Assembly: GCA_963756875.1 (NCBI GenBank)
Contig: CAVWPA010000003.1
Location: 1,056,001-1,120,000 of the forward strand
Origin: an uncultured Verrucomicrobiae bacterium
GTDB lineage: Bacteria > Verrucomicrobiota > Verrucomicrobiia > Chthoniobacterales > UBA10450
Length of the DNA: 64,000 bases
Reading direction: 5' to 3'
Both the position numbers and the translations under genes were made by a program. How positions within the stretch are numbered: position 1 is the first letter of the stretch; the number at the start of each line of letters is the position of its first letter. Shown here in pieces: positions 8,501 through 16,908 of this stretch. A model generated the notes under the pieces. It had not been told where the DNA came from, ran no database searches, and was given only the letters and a program-made list of their open reading frames with translations.

Positions 8501-9460
8501 AAAACCCAGCAACGGATCGTGCAGTCGTGTTTTTTGAATCCCGAGAAAGACCGGGTCGGTACGGTTGAGCGTGCCGAGTCCGCGTTGCGACAGTCGCCGA
8601 TCGGGTTTCCCATCCGGCTCGGCGGTAGTAGGCAGGCCTAACGAAAGAGGTTTGCGCCCGCCTTTTTCGAAAATGCGCAGGATGTTTCCCGGATTGCTTA
8701 AATTGAATCGCGGCACCGGCTCGATGAATGGGAGGATGCCGTGCACGCGCGTGTCTTCGGGAGTTACCGGCGTGTAATTGATCAGCTTGAGTGGCGCGCC
8801 GTCCGCGCCGTAAGCCTGGCCGAACCGGTAGTTTTTCAGGTAAAACCCGCCGTTATTATATAGAGCCGCCCCCCAGAGCAAGGCGCCGGTGTTCATCATG
8901 CTGTGATCGACGTCGCGAATAATGCGCTCGTGACAAAGCCCGCAGGCTTGCTCGGCCACGCGCAGATCGCCGGGATTGAAAAATCGAATGAATTCCGGCG
9001 ACTCATGGTTCAGCCGCGTGTTGGAACGCGGCGGGTTGGCTGACGTTTTCCAAAATTCCTTGTCCCTCGGCAAAATATGCGCCTGCTCTTTTTTGAGATT
9101 GAGGGCCGGGTTGCCGCCGTGGCAATCAGTGCAGCCAAGCACGACGTGCTGCGCTTTGTGCATCGGTTCGATGTCTTTGTGGCATTGCAAACAGCCGACG
9201 CTCTTTGCGTTCGCCTGGGCTTGCGTCTGGTCGATCCAATTCCGCGGCGGCAACGCGACCGGCGCAACAGTGGATTTTGAAACAGGGACGGAAGTGGGCG
9301 GCCCGTAACCGGTTTCGGAAGCACCAAGCACCAGGTTCCAAGTTCCAATGAAGCACCAAGCCCCAATCATCAAGCTCCAACGGAAATGAGCGTGTGTGTG
9401 CTTTGGATTTTGGAGATTGGAGTTTCTCCGCTGCTTGGCGCTTGGTGCCTGGTGCTTCAT
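5510..9460 (-). CDS. Large decaheme c-type cytochrome fused to C-terminal LVIVD-repeat (beta-propeller-like) region
   Basis: Ten CxxCH motifs (CLQCH, CTDCH, CGLCH, CSACH, CMNCH, CGDCH, CIDCH, CQICH, CFGCH, CTDCH) at ~9193-7055. Repeats such as YAYVANGPDGLAIIDVENP and GLYVIDVSDP follow. Probable ATG at 9460 overlaps the upstream stop (TGATG). Confidence 0.85.
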   Translation of the reverse strand: MKHQAPSAKQRRNSNLQNPKHTHAHFRWSLMIGAWCFIGTWNLVLGASETGYGPPTSVPVSKSTVAPVALPPRNWIDQTQAQANAKSVGCLQCHKDIEPMHKAQHVVLGCTDCHGGNPALNLKKEQAHILPRDKEFWKTSANPPRSNTRLNHESPEFIRFFNPGDLRVAEQACGLCHERIIRDVDHSMMNTGALLWGAALYNNGGFYLKNYRFGQAYGADGAPLKLINYTPVTPEDTRVHGILPFIEPVPRFNLSNPGNILRIFEKGGRKPLSLGLPTTAEPDGKPDRRLSQRGLGTLNRTDPVFLGIQKTRLHDPLLGFLGSNDHPGDYRSSGCSACHVVYANDRSPTNSGWWSKYGHEGLSFTADPTIPKTERGHPIIHQFTRSIPASQCMNCHMHQGNLFVNPYLGYTWWDQETDGEFMYPKKQHNPTDGELVRATMVNPEAAAARGLWGDKDFLDHVAELNPELKHTQFADYHGHGWVFRAVFKHDRKGNLLDLDDDKIDDNDPRKFAKAVHLKDVHLADGMQCGDCHFDIDVHGNGMLYGESRNATAITCIDCHGTINRRPTLITSGNAGQIDLLHTSNTPFGPRFTWEGNKLWQQSSMSPDVRWEIPQTIDTIDPLSPHYNPKSAYAKTLRIDGKTWGGPLPETRTSPANLTALSSQDNEPRVRLAHDNSAMDCQICHSSWATSCFGCHLPMKANQRVPQNKFEGVTDRNFTTYNPQVVRDDVFMLGLDGSVKKNRMAVIRSSSAVVVGSQNANREWVYSQQQTISAEGYSGQAFNPHFPHTTSGVGTTKNCTDCHLSRNNDNNAWMAQLLGFGTGTVNFFGRYAYVGEGREGFHAVVWTEPEEPQAAIGSHLQKLAYPADYKKHLELGGELQEAYEHSGKDIQDVVLRGEYLYTANGPGGFEAFDVANIDQKGFSERIVTSPVSPLGQRTYVHTPDATSVALPSTLALDPGRKHIPENEEQPIDLFYAFVYVSDRVEGLVVINVATLVDGNPDNNFLKKGLTFNPDGVLDGASFVAAAGHRLYMTTPRGLYVIDVSDPMHPRIAGQLTNGFLRNPRCVAVQFRYGFITDDDGLKIVDLTEPTRPVPLPRATLRLNHAGRLYVARTYAYVANGPDGLAIIDVENPEHPFVDQMFSANGALNDTRAVQIGSVNASEFALVADGKNGLRVVQLISPDTVPGAQGFNPRPNPKLIATYRTKGEAICVSRGLDRDRVVDETGGQTVVFGRRGARPFHLDEMERFYRKSTSGEGKDFQPRKGELYRVEDVALSGGVLTTRSGKVLTSLPAPTPSPSPAVSPSESEVEPSPIPPPR
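7463..7500. repeat. CTTGACTGCT-N3-AGCAGTCAAG palindromic element (coding copy); intergenic copy at 23944-23982
   Basis: The reverse complement of 7463-7500 matches 23944-23982 with one indel and one mismatch. Confidence 0.85.
9318..9458. repeat. Heptamer-based (TTGGNGC/GCNCCAA) inverted-repeat element; related tract at 51005-51090
   Basis: GAAGCACCA...TGGTGCTTC termini with internal 7-bp periodicity. Confidence 0.75.
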
Positions 9461-11529
9461 CAATAAGTGAGCGTCACGGTCACGATGGCGCTGTAAAGAA
9501 ACGGATCGACGTGGCCGCCTGGCGGGCTGGGATAACCGGGCACGGGCGTCGTGATGGTGCGATAGATGTCCCTGTAACCCGTGCGCGGAATGAGGAACCC
9601 CGTGCCGGCGGTGACGATGATGTTTTCGGTGAGCAACGGCCGCCATTCAAACCCGGCGCTGCAGTCGAGCGCGAAATCGTTACTCCCGTGGTTGGTAAAA
9701 AGGACCAGCTCGGTCGTTGCCGTGTCAACCGTGCGAATGTAATTCACGTTCATGAAGCCTCTCAGCTTTGGTGTGATGTCGGCATCGAGCCCATAACCGA
9801 AGATGAGCGCTCCCGGATTCACGAAGTTGGCCTGGCCTTCGGTTTTGCTGGTACGGAAATCGATCACCAGGCTGTCGCGTTGCTTAAAGTTGACCGACGT
9901 TCCGCCGAGATTGAATCCCTGGTGCGAATAAAAGCTGAATGGTCCGCCGATAAAAAATGGCCGGTCCATCACTGTGTCGAAGCCGGTGGCGTGCGAGTCC
10001 GCCGGGTTGCTGTCGCCGCTCGCGTAAAAAATCGACAATTTGTGCCGGAGCCAGTTGTTGTCGACAGACAACTCGAGTGCGGCCATGTGCGCGTTGATGT
10101 TGGTGCGCTTTCCGGCGATCCCGTTGAGACTGTCCTCACCAAGGACCTGATAAAGCGCGTGGTCGATGTTGAGCCAGCCGATGTGTCCGTCGCCGGTCCA
10201 ACCGAGATAGTATGCCTGCACGTAATGATCACCCACCGTGCCGATCGGTGCGGGCCGGGTAATGAAGCCGTTCTTGTCGTAATGCCGGCTGTTGTTGTCG
10301 AAATCGGCCAGAAACGTGAGCTCGCCGGTGTAACCCTTCCAAATTAAATCCTGCCGGAAGACGTTCGCGACATAAACCTGTTGCTGGCGCCGGCTGAATT
10401 CGTTCAGATCGGAGTAGGTGTCCTTCTCCAGCATATCGAAGGCGGCGACGTTGTATTGCCAGCGGTTATTGTCGTAGTTGCCGAAGATGCGCACGCCGAG
10501 GTTGGTATCGTTGAAAATGAACCCGCGAAAATCGCTCACGAACGGCTGAATGCCTGCGCGCATAGAAACGAAATCGTAATTGCTCGAAAGATCGCGCAGA
10601 TGGATTTCGGCGAATGCTTCCTGCATGGAGAAGAATTCCTTTTCGCGCGTGGTCCCGTTCTGCGGGTTGGGATTGACGACCCGGTTCTCCTCCACGTCGA
10701 TGTAGTTGTGATTGTAGACGCCGAGAAAGCGCAGCGCCCAATCGACCGGCTTGAATGCCGTCTCACCCTTGAAAAGATCGACGCCGATCGAAAAATCGTT
10801 CGAGTAAAAAAGTTGGTCGCTCAATCCGAAAAACTCGGAGCTGTTCGGCTGCGCGGAGCTTACGCCGCTTGGAGTCGGGAGTTTGCGCGCCTCGAATTGA
10901 AAGAAATCTTCCAGGGTGATGTTGAGGAAAACGTCCTGGCCGTAAATCGGCGCGTCTCCTTTGAGTTTGCTTTGCAAATAGGGATGCCACAGTCGCAACT
11001 CCGATTGATAAGGCGTTTCGGTCGACGGATCGGCGTAGCGCTTCCAACGGCCGAAACCGATGAACCAGCGGTTCGGCTCGGGCCGCGACGACGGCAGCAG
11101 GCCTTCGCCCTGTTCTGATTCCGGGTAAATTTCATATTGGAGTTCGCGACGACGCGGCACCACCTCGCGGACACCCTTGCGCGGAAGTTGAAGTGAGCGC
11201 GGCAATGGTTCCTCGCCGTATTCCGGAAGCTGCGGAAGAATGGGCGGGAAAAGTTCGGGCGGCGCTTCCGGCTCGGTCCGTTCGGATGCCCCGGGGTCCG
11301 GATTAAATTCGGAAGGGTATTCTTCATCGTCTTGCGCGAGGAGGGTGGTATTCGCGAAAATCAAATCGCCCCGAAGTGCAAGAATCGGCGGGCTGTAGCT
11401 GGGATTGTCGATCCCGGCCGATGATTGGGACTCGAGGTTTCCGGTATTGACCTCGACGGTCTGCCCGTGCCCCGCGCCGATACCGGTGCAAGAAAGGAGT
11501 CCGGCAAACAGCGCGATCCTCCGGCGCAT
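9460..11529 (-). CDS. Putative outer-membrane beta-barrel protein
   Basis: Signal peptide MRRRIALFAGLLSCTGIGAGHG, an acidic Pro-rich N-region, aromatic/Gly-rich alternating strands, and a C-terminal SAIVTVTLTY with terminal aromatic residue (BAM-signal-like). Confidence 0.7.
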   Translation of the reverse strand: MRRRIALFAGLLSCTGIGAGHGQTVEVNTGNLESQSSAGIDNPSYSPPILALRGDLIFANTTLLAQDDEEYPSEFNPDPGASERTEPEAPPELFPPILPQLPEYGEEPLPRSLQLPRKGVREVVPRRRELQYEIYPESEQGEGLLPSSRPEPNRWFIGFGRWKRYADPSTETPYQSELRLWHPYLQSKLKGDAPIYGQDVFLNITLEDFFQFEARKLPTPSGVSSAQPNSSEFFGLSDQLFYSNDFSIGVDLFKGETAFKPVDWALRFLGVYNHNYIDVEENRVVNPNPQNGTTREKEFFSMQEAFAEIHLRDLSSNYDFVSMRAGIQPFVSDFRGFIFNDTNLGVRIFGNYDNNRWQYNVAAFDMLEKDTYSDLNEFSRRQQQVYVANVFRQDLIWKGYTGELTFLADFDNNSRHYDKNGFITRPAPIGTVGDHYVQAYYLGWTGDGHIGWLNIDHALYQVLGEDSLNGIAGKRTNINAHMAALELSVDNNWLRHKLSIFYASGDSNPADSHATGFDTVMDRPFFIGGPFSFYSHQGFNLGGTSVNFKQRDSLVIDFRTSKTEGQANFVNPGALIFGYGLDADITPKLRGFMNVNYIRTVDTATTELVLFTNHGSNDFALDCSAGFEWRPLLTENIIVTAGTGFLIPRTGYRDIYRTITTPVPGYPSPPGGHVDPFLYSAIVTVTLTY

Positions 11530-11705
11530 AATCGCGCCGGTACACGATGGACTTAACCAGCGCATGGGAGTGCGAGAATGCCGGAGATACCCGGTTATTG
11601 GCAAGCTAACACGGAAGGCAGCCCGGACCGGCTAAGGCAACATCTTGGGATAGCAGCTGATTTTTAGTGGCAAATCATGGCTGATCTTGGTAGACCGGAG
11701 TGGCC

Positions 11706-13514
11706 ATGAAGCCGGCTTGGTCGCATTCTTTCGGACTGCCGATTTTTCTCGCGGTCCTCCTCGGGGCGCCGCGGATTTTTGCTTATCCGCCGGAGCCGGT
11801 CATCGTCGCGTCCACCGGAAACCATTACGTTGTAACGTGGGATGCGGCCTATTCCGACGGATTTCATCTCGAATCGAGTTCGGACCTCGGGGCCATGAAC
11901 TGGACCTCAGTTACAGCGGCACCCACGATTGTCGGCGATAAAAAACAGGTCGTGGTCACGGGAACGGGCGCACCAACGTTTTTTCGGCTGGCTGCTCCGC
12001 TGGTGCTCAGCCCGCTCACGGCTGCTGATGTTCAAACAATCATTAATCACGCGGTGACGCGCGCCGTCACTGTTTCGCCGAACAGCGTGATTGCAGTGAC
12101 CGATCGCGAGGGGGATGTGCTGGCCGTCTGGGTCGTGCGCGGGGGAGCGGCCAGTAACGAGGAGATTGCCACGGCGGTTTCAAAGGCGGGCACCGCAGCG
12201 TTTTTAAGCAGCAATCAGAATGCGTTTAGCTCGCGCACGGCCGGGTTCATCATCCAGCAACATTTTCCACCTGGAGTGAGTAACACCTCGACAGGGCCGC
12301 TGGTCGGTGTCGGCCTATCAAGTCTTTTTATTTCCGACATCGATAAGTTTAGAAAACCGGGCAGCATCATTTCGTTCAGTCCAACGCCGGGCCTGACAAT
12401 TTTACCGGTGCCGAACACTTCGCTGGATGGTTCGCCAGGCGGTCTGCCACTTTACAAGAACGGCAAACTCGTTGGCGCAATCGGCGTCACCGGCGACGGA
12501 ACGCCGTCGGCAATTGCCGGGTTCCGCTCGGAAAATCCGTTCAAATACATCGCCGGCTCCGATGTGGACGAGGATGTCGCGCTAGCCGGAAAAAAGGGAT
12601 TTGCGCCGTCGTCCAGCATTACCGCGGACAATGTTTTCATCAGCGGAATTCGCCTTGCTTACGTGAACTCGTCGACGTCGACCTCTAATACTATTGTGCT
12701 GCAAGGCAATCCGGATCCGCAATATCCCACAATTCTGGCGCCGCCGCCGCCGTTTCCCTATCCCGCGGCAACCTTCGGTGGCGTCAGCGGAGAGATTCGC
12801 CAGCCGATTATCAGCGACCCGATGGTTGGCCTGATCGATGGGCAGCCGCGTCTCACTGCTGCCGAAGTCTCGAGCATCATTACGTACGCGGCGCAACGGG
12901 TGAAGATCACGCGCGCGGCCATTCGGCTTCCCATCGGCACGCAAATGGAGGCGTTCATCAGCGTCGTGAATAATCCGGACATGCCAGGTGTTACGCCCAC
13001 TGTGTTGGGAACGTTTCGCACCGGTGACGCAACTTTGTTCAGCTGGGATGTCGCCGTGCAGAAAGCGCGCACCGCACTCTATTATTCGAGCCATGATTTT
13101 CTCGGTTTCGGTTCGAACATCTCCATGTCGGTACGCTGTGTCGGATTTCTTGCGGAATGCAATTATCCACCCGGTATCGATGGCAATCCGCCGGGCCCGT
13201 TCAACGGACAGCAGGAAATGTTTTCCGGTTTGTCAGGCACTTCCTGCAATCCGGGGGCCATCGTGCCAAACCTAGCCTTTGTGCCCGATCCGAATTTGCC
13301 GAATGGAATTACGATTTTTCCCGGCGGCTTCGGCCTTTATCGCAACGGCGTGCTTATCGGCGCGATCGGGGTCAGCGGCGACGGAGTCGATCAGGACGAC
13401 CTCGTCAGCGCGTCCGGCACACAGGATTTTCTCGCACCGAATGCCATTCGCTCCGATCAATTCTTTTTCCGGGGCACGCGGCTTCCCTACGCGAAATTCC
13501 CGCGCGACCCGTGA
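11706..13514 (+). CDS. Secreted protein with two GlcG/HbpS-type heme-binding domains
   Basis: Signal peptide, then two copies of the family signature: AVSKAGTA...PGGLPLYKNGKLVGAIGVTG and AVQKARTA...PGGFGLYRNGVLIGAIGVSGDGVDQD. Confidence 0.8.
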   Translation: MKPAWSHSFGLPIFLAVLLGAPRIFAYPPEPVIVASTGNHYVVTWDAAYSDGFHLESSSDLGAMNWTSVTAAPTIVGDKKQVVVTGTGAPTFFRLAAPLVLSPLTAADVQTIINHAVTRAVTVSPNSVIAVTDREGDVLAVWVVRGGAASNEEIATAVSKAGTAAFLSSNQNAFSSRTAGFIIQQHFPPGVSNTSTGPLVGVGLSSLFISDIDKFRKPGSIISFSPTPGLTILPVPNTSLDGSPGGLPLYKNGKLVGAIGVTGDGTPSAIAGFRSENPFKYIAGSDVDEDVALAGKKGFAPSSSITADNVFISGIRLAYVNSSTSTSNTIVLQGNPDPQYPTILAPPPPFPYPAATFGGVSGEIRQPIISDPMVGLIDGQPRLTAAEVSSIITYAAQRVKITRAAIRLPIGTQMEAFISVVNNPDMPGVTPTVLGTFRTGDATLFSWDVAVQKARTALYYSSHDFLGFGSNISMSVRCVGFLAECNYPPGIDGNPPGPFNGQQEMFSGLSGTSCNPGAIVPNLAFVPDPNLPNGITIFPGGFGLYRNGVLIGAIGVSGDGVDQDDLVSASGTQDFLAPNAIRSDQFFFRGTRLPYAKFPRDP

Positions 13515-13633
13515 CGTAGAGACAGCATTTCGTCCGAGAACGCGCCGCCTGCCCGCCTGTTGGACGAGGAGTTGCCACCGCGACCATTGATCTTAGAATC
13601 TCGCGGGCGCGTCCGAAACCACGCGCCTCAAAC

Positions 13634-15052
13634 ATGCCTGAACCGATTGACCCGACAGCCGCTGAGTACGATTCGCCCACCAGTCAACGGCTGCCGTGTT
13701 CGACAGCGATCCCACCCGAAGTTCCACCGCACGATCCTTACGCAGCGTTTCGTTCGCGCGGCTTCACTTTTTTTACCGCGGGAAATCTACTTTCGATTAT
13801 TGGTCGCCAGATGCTGGCGGTCGCGGTGGAATGGGAAATTTATCAGAGGACGCATTCAGCCACGGCGCTTGGTCTTGTTGGGTTGGTCATCGCAATTCCG
13901 GTAGTGGGACTTTCGCTGCCGGCAGGACATCTGGCCGATCGGTTCAGCCGCAAACATATTCTTCTCATCTCACAAATTTTCAGCGCGTTGACGTCGGTCG
14001 CGCTGGCGTTGGTTTCCTGGAAGCATCTCGTCATTCCGCAGTGGCCGGTCCTGCGATACGGCAACGGAACCTTGAACGCGATCGCGGCCGTTTTCGAACG
14101 ACATCATCCGGCATTTCATTTTGACGACGCCTCCATTCCGTTGATTTACGCTTTGCTTTTAGTTTACGGAACGGCTCGCACGTTTGCCTGGGCGGCGCGC
14201 AGCTCGTTTTTTCCGACGCTGGTGCCGCGGGATGCGTTTGCCAACGCAGTGACCTGGAACAATAGCATCTTTCAAATTGGAACGGTCGTCGGCCCCGGGG
14301 TGAGTGGTCTGCTGATCGCTCACATCGGATTTCCTTTTGTCTATTTGCTCGATGCGATTTGTGCATTCTTGTTTTTTCTGCTCGTACTGCCGATCCACCA
14401 CAGGAGAGGGCCCCGTAATCAGATCGCAAAAAGCACATGGCGAAGTTTCGCCGCCGGGATCCGGTTCGTTCTTGGCAGGAAAGTGATTCTGGCAACGATT
14501 ACCCTCGACCTGTTTGCGGTGCTCCTGGGCGGCGCCACGGCGTTGCTTCCGGTTTTCGCCGACCAAATTTTGCACTGCGGACCAATCGGTCTTGGCTGGA
14601 TGCGCGCGGCGCCGGCCGTTGGCGCATTCGTCATGGCGCTGGCCGTTGCCTATTTGCCGCCGATGCGACAGGCGGGAAAGACATTGCTCTGGTGCGTCAC
14701 CGGGTTCGGAATTGCCACGGTCATTTTCGGCTTATCGACAGCTTTATGGCTGTCGCTCGGCATGCTGTTTTTGATTGGCGCATTCGACAGTGTGAGCGTC
14801 ATCATTCGTGGCTCGATTGTGCAACTGGTTACGCCGGATGAAATGCGCGGCCGGGTTTCGGCCGTGAACAATATTTTCATCGGAACATCGAATGAATTTG
14901 GCGCACTCGAATCCGGTCTCACTGCCGCGCTTTTTGGCCCGGTAATTTCGGTCGTGGGCGGCGGCATCGGAACGATTCTGGTCGTGCTCGCGGTGGCCTT
15001 TGGCTGGTCGGAAACGCGCAAGATCGGCGCGCTGGATCGAACGCTTCAATAG
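13634..15052 (+). CDS. MFS transporter (DHA3/EntS-like)
   Basis: Motif A GHLADRFSRK, about 12 TMs, C-terminal TPDEMRGRVSA. Confidence 0.9.
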   Translation: MPEPIDPTAAEYDSPTSQRLPCSTAIPPEVPPHDPYAAFRSRGFTFFTAGNLLSIIGRQMLAVAVEWEIYQRTHSATALGLVGLVIAIPVVGLSLPAGHLADRFSRKHILLISQIFSALTSVALALVSWKHLVIPQWPVLRYGNGTLNAIAAVFERHHPAFHFDDASIPLIYALLLVYGTARTFAWAARSSFFPTLVPRDAFANAVTWNNSIFQIGTVVGPGVSGLLIAHIGFPFVYLLDAICAFLFFLLVLPIHHRRGPRNQIAKSTWRSFAAGIRFVLGRKVILATITLDLFAVLLGGATALLPVFADQILHCGPIGLGWMRAAPAVGAFVMALAVAYLPPMRQAGKTLLWCVTGFGIATVIFGLSTALWLSLGMLFLIGAFDSVSVIIRGSIVQLVTPDEMRGRVSAVNNIFIGTSNEFGALESGLTAALFGPVISVVGGGIGTILVVLAVAFGWSETRKIGALDRTLQ

Positions 15053-15098
15053 ATTTGTAGGGCGTCTGTGTCAGACGCCGCGTAGATTGGGTTGGTTT

Positions 15099-15890
15099 AT
15101 GAAAATTGCGGCAGCCCAGATTTCCTGCGCGCTCGGCGACTTGAAGGCGAATCTTTGCAAAGTCCGCGAATTTTCGGCGCGCGCCAAGGAATCCGGCGCC
15201 GGGCTTGTCGTCTTTCCCGAGATGGCGGACACCGGCTACTCCATGCCCACAATTCAAAAACATGCGACCTCCTGGAACGAAGGCGCCGTGCCGGAGCTGC
15301 AACAGATTGCCCGGGAATTGTCGCTCGCGATCGTGTGCGGCGTTTCGGAACGTGACGGCGCGAACATCTACAACACGCAAGCTTTTGTCGATGCGAACGG
15401 GGAAATTGTCGCGAAATATCGCAAGACTCACCTGGTAACGGCTGCTCCGCTGGACGAGCGCAGCTGTTTTTCGCCGGGTAACGAGTTTGTCAGTTGTAAG
15501 GTTGGCACGCTGAATCTCGGGCTGAGCATTTGTTACGATCTTCGCTTTCCAGAGATGTGCCGCACGCTCGCTGTCGAACACGGCGTCAATACGTTCATTA
15601 CTTCTTCAGCCTGGCCGTCGGTTCGTGCGGAGCATCTGCGAATCCTGGCCATGGCGCGGGCGATCGAAAACCAATGTTACCTCGTTGTGGCAAACCGCGT
15701 GGGCACGGACGGCGGTGTGACCTTGTGCGGTTTGTCCATGGTTGTCGATCCTTGCGGCGTCCTGGTTGCGGCCGCCTCGACCGATAGCGAGGAGTTGATT
15801 CAGGGGGAAATTTCGGATGAGAAAATCAACGACGCCCGAAAGCGAATGCTGGTGTTCGAGCATCGCCGGCCCGATCTTTACCGATTGTAG
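15099..15890 (+). CDS. Carbon-nitrogen hydrolase (nitrilase/omega-amidase family)
   Basis: MKIAAAQ start; catalytic triad motifs VFPE, YRKTH, ICYDLRFPE; ARAIENQ; RRPDLY. Confidence 0.92.
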   Translation: MKIAAAQISCALGDLKANLCKVREFSARAKESGAGLVVFPEMADTGYSMPTIQKHATSWNEGAVPELQQIARELSLAIVCGVSERDGANIYNTQAFVDANGEIVAKYRKTHLVTAAPLDERSCFSPGNEFVSCKVGTLNLGLSICYDLRFPEMCRTLAVEHGVNTFITSSAWPSVRAEHLRILAMARAIENQCYLVVANRVGTDGGVTLCGLSMVVDPCGVLVAAASTDSEELIQGEISDEKINDARKRMLVFEHRRPDLYRL

Positions 15891-15992
15891 TGGCGACCGC
15901 GCCGACTGCGAAGACATTGCAAAATGCAGGCCACCCACCTTCGCCTGGCTTCGGCGCGGCAAGCACGCCTGCCGCTACAGAAGATTGACGAC

Positions 15993-16904
15993 TTAAAACG
16001 CGCCATGCAGCGCCACCATCCCGTAAGGCGCTGTGCCGTCCTGGTGGTAGCGCACTTCGGTCCGGAAAAAGTCGAAGCTTCGATATGGTTGGTAGCCGGC
16101 TTCCGCGGTCAACGTAAGGATTGGCGAAATCCTCCAATCGCAGCCTCCGCCCGTTCGCACTTCGCTGTAAGTGAGGACCGCATGGTTTAGCTCCGGCTTT
16201 CCTTGTTTGTCGCCGAAATGGTCGTCCACGCGGTAGTTCGTCTCCTTCACGTTCGCACCCAGATACAGAGTCAGGTTTCTGTTCCAATCAAACTCGATTC
16301 GCGGCGTCGGCAGAACGGCATTCATGACCCATTGTCGAGAAACTTTCCATCGGAATCCGGCAGCCGGAATGACCGGAAACTTGCGCTCAACATCGACGCT
16401 CACCCCGACGACGAACTGCAGGTTCGGATTGTAGATATAAGTGCCGCCAACGATGAAAGGCATGTTGAAGTCGTCCGATAAATTGTTCACTCCGGTGTTA
16501 TACATTCCCGGAGTGCCTTCGAGTCTGATCAGAATCGAATCGGACAACTGGGTATCGAATCCGATGACAAGACCGATCGATTGCAGAGTGTCCGGGAGCA
16601 GAGCGTTCCGCGGAAATCCGAACACAAATCGCTCCCACTCCGCGCCGATCCGGAGCACGCCAATGTTGATCCGCGGAGTGAAAACAAAGCGCAGGATGGC
16701 GTCGCTTTCGTCGAATCCGTCGACCTTGTGCCGTCCGCGCTCCACGCCGGCCTCTCCAACGTAGGTTTCCTCCGCGAGATATTCGCCGGAACGAAAGAAC
16801 GAAACGATGGGTTGGGTAACGGCGTCCTGGCCCGCGGCGAGAGTACTCAAAAGACAAAACCCGGCAGCGACGGCGAGGCGGTTTAGGGCGGGACTTTTTT
16901 TCAT
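15993..16904 (-). CDS. Outer-membrane beta-barrel protein (DUF6268-like)
   Basis: Signal peptide, amphipathic strands, PVIPAAGFRW / VLPTPRI pattern, C-terminal Phe. Confidence 0.65.
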   Translation of the reverse strand: MKKSPALNRLAVAAGFCLLSTLAAGQDAVTQPIVSFFRSGEYLAEETYVGEAGVERGRHKVDGFDESDAILRFVFTPRINIGVLRIGAEWERFVFGFPRNALLPDTLQSIGLVIGFDTQLSDSILIRLEGTPGMYNTGVNNLSDDFNMPFIVGGTYIYNPNLQFVVGVSVDVERKFPVIPAAGFRWKVSRQWVMNAVLPTPRIEFDWNRNLTLYLGANVKETNYRVDDHFGDKQGKPELNHAVLTYSEVRTGGGCDWRISPILTLTAEAGYQPYRSFDFFRTEVRYHQDGTAPYGMVALHGAF

Positions 16905-16908
16905 GCGC

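Noticed and set aside
9461..9646. His-rich N-terminal extension (MAAVAHRKHHRHRRH...) of the 1378-aa ORF as a metal-binding domain
   Set aside because: It is the off-frame reading of the upstream barrel gene's 3' end; the ATG at 9460 overlapping that gene's stop is the more plausible start.
5510..11529. Calling the barrel/cytochrome pair MtrAB, PioAB or MtoAB
   Set aside because: The heme count matches, but size, heme spacing, the LVIVD fusion and the barrel-first gene order do not.
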